Positions 62,495 to 64,000 of a stretch of DNA of 64,000 bases are shown here, one piece after another. Within the stretch, counting starts at the first letter, position 1. Every line of letters starts with the position of its first letter. A program made the position numbers and the translations under genes. Under the pieces are notes generated by a model, which did no database searches, was not told where the DNA came from, and worked only from the letters and a program-made list of their open reading frames with translations. Origin of the DNA: an uncultured Verrucomicrobiae bacterium. GTDB taxonomy: Bacteria; Verrucomicrobiota; Verrucomicrobiia; Chthoniobacterales; UBA10450. The stretch lies in NCBI GenBank assembly GCA_963735805.1, contig CAVTMK010000002.1:1120001-1184000 (forward strand), in the 5' to 3' direction.

Positions 62495-62905
62495 ATCCGC
62501 GCGAGGTGTAGTGGTTTCGGCGGAGTTCGTCAAGGAATGGCGCCGCGAGACGATGGCGCGGCTGAGTTTCAATACTGCTTGCGAGCTGGGCTTTCGCGGG
62601 AGCCTCGACGAATGGGAGCGCCTCATGGGAGCAGTCGCGAGACGGGGACGTTTGGCAGCTTTTAGCTCGCAACATTAGCCAATCTAATTTTCGACGTGCT
62701 GCCATTTTGCCGATTGTGGTAAGCTGAGGAAACGCCATCACGAAAAAGATATCGGATACGGAAAGTTCGTCCGGCGGTTATGAAAACACTGACGCAGCGA
62801 CGACAAAAGGCTGTTCGATTAACGAAACGAGCCGGACGCCTGCTAAAGGCTCGCATCAAGTTCGTTCAGCAGCGCTGGGCTAAATCGGACCGAGATAAGG
62901 ATTTA

Positions 62906-63175
62906 ATGACCTCTACACACGTTTACGAGATCCGGCCGCGAGCCGACAAACGCGGTGTCGATCTGATCAGTGATGCGCTTCCCTATAGTCCGCTGTGGTA
63001 TCGTGGGCTAAACGCAGTCAGAGATGCAATCGAACACGGAAAGTTTTACAGCCGCTCACATGACGCCGTGATTCGCGTTTATGATGACGGTGGCAAGGTC
63101 ATCGAAACGCACGAGCACGCGCGAGAGTTCAAGGGATTCAGTGAGGCAAAAGATTCTGGCACTTTAGAGCAATAA
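62906..63175 (+). CDS. Small conserved hypothetical protein (DUF2188-like)
   Basis: HVYEIRPR...GVDLISDALP...SRSHDAVIRVYD..G.VIETHEH; TAAGGA upstream. An in-frame extension to 62780 is possible. Confidence 0.7.
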   Translation: MTSTHVYEIRPRADKRGVDLISDALPYSPLWYRGLNAVRDAIEHGKFYSRSHDAVIRVYDDGGKVIETHEHAREFKGFSEAKDSGTLEQ

Positions 63176-63541
63176 ACCACGCTGATGGCGGTTTGGGGAC
63201 CGGCCGTTCTTGGAGAGTGTGCTGGGACAGTTGCGAGGCGGTGAACGTCGCTGGTTAGCTCTGGCTTTGTTGGTCCTCGAAATCGTCAAGCACACCAGAT
63301 GCGATGCCTAGAAGTGTTTCTGCGGCAACCCGCTTCATCTCAGTACTTCCAAAATCTTGTCGCCTCATACCGGCCATCTGATGGCTATCAGGGACAAACG
63401 AATCCCGGTGAAGTCGCCGCGCCTCCGCCTTCGACGGGGCCTGCTCGCTCAACGTACACAAGATTAGGGTCGACTCTGACAATAAGCGGTGAGCGCGATA
63501 CGCCGAGTTGCCTTTAATTCAATCGCAGAAAGATAAATAAT

Positions 63542-64000
63542 ATGAATAAATTAATAACATGGAATCCGCTTAGAGAGATGGAACAAGCGACACAAAATCG
63601 CTTCAATCCTTTCTTCCTGGGCAGCTTCCCGAATAGAATGGAAAGTGGCGAGATCCACAGCCTAGCAGTCGCAGATTGGTCGCCGGAGGTTGATATCAGC
63701 GAAGATGATCGCGGGTATCTGCTCAAAGCTGACCTGCCTGAAATGAAGAAGGATGACGTTAGGGTAACTGTCGAAGACGGCATCCTTTGCGTTTCCGGAG
63801 AACGCAAAAGCGAGAAGGAAGATCAGAAAAAGAAATTCCATCGCATCGAGCGATCCTTTGGTACTTTCCGACGCAGCTTCACGCTGCCCGAGGATGCCGA
63901 CAGTACGAAAGTCACGGCGGAGTTCCACGACGGAGTGCTGAAAGTGCACCTCCCGACAACGCCGATAGCCAGATCAAAAGCTATCGAAGTTAAAGTGAAA
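63542..64000 (+). CDS. Hsp20/alpha-crystallin small heat shock protein (stop beyond the window edge)
   Basis: Manual translation MNKLITWNPLREME...WSPEVDISE...ADLPE...SGERK...ERSFGTFRRSFTLP...DGVLKVHLP. Confidence 0.93.
   Translation, partial: MNKLITWNPLREMEQATQNRFNPFFLGSFPNRMESGEIHSLAVADWSPEVDISEDDRGYLLKADLPEMKKDDVRVTVEDGILCVSGERKSEKEDQKKKFHRIERSFGTFRRSFTLPEDADSTKVTAEFHDGVLKVHLPTTPIARSKAIEVKVK

Noticed and set aside
63150..63540. CIRCE element upstream of hsp20
   Set aside because: Only a partial TGGCACT; no TTAGCACTC-N9-GAGTGCTAA dyad.
63514..63993. Short track ORFs at the right edge
   Set aside because: Shadow ORFs of the hsp20 gene.

Overview
Bacterial chromosomal window, most likely a soil Verrucomicrobiota of the Chthoniobacterales (Ca. 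Udaeobacter-like); the taxon is inferred from protein families and gene order, not from a search. Roughly 1-43 kb is mostly housekeeping: metH (partial), ffh-rpsP-khpA-trmD, ftcD-hutI, tig-clpP-clpX-cinA, nadD-rsfS, ychF, truA-ruvX-manC, hemW, tRNA-Ala(GGC) and tRNA-Pro(GGG). At 43.5-54.6 kb is a signalling/general-stress cluster: CheB-CheR-PAS, a multi-PAS kinase, a NarL-type regulator, two paralogous Cys4 proteins, an ECF sigma, CsbD and DUF3309. From 57 kb on is a plastic accessory zone with pseudogenes, integron-type gene cassettes and a tRNA-Gly-derived att site. Most notable signals hidden from the ORF track: (1) a probable membrane-anchored peroxiredoxin-like selenoprotein, with an in-frame TGA in a UxxC motif and a SECIS-like hairpin (29413-30213); (2) integrase-less gene cassettes with one complete and several half attC sites (57.3-61.0 kb); (3) GTAG-type palindromic repeats translated in frame inside ychF and a squalene synthase; (4) rsfS apparently starting at ATA in an ATAA overlap with nadD; (5) two frameshifts in the identical GGGTAC context, probably sequencing artefacts.
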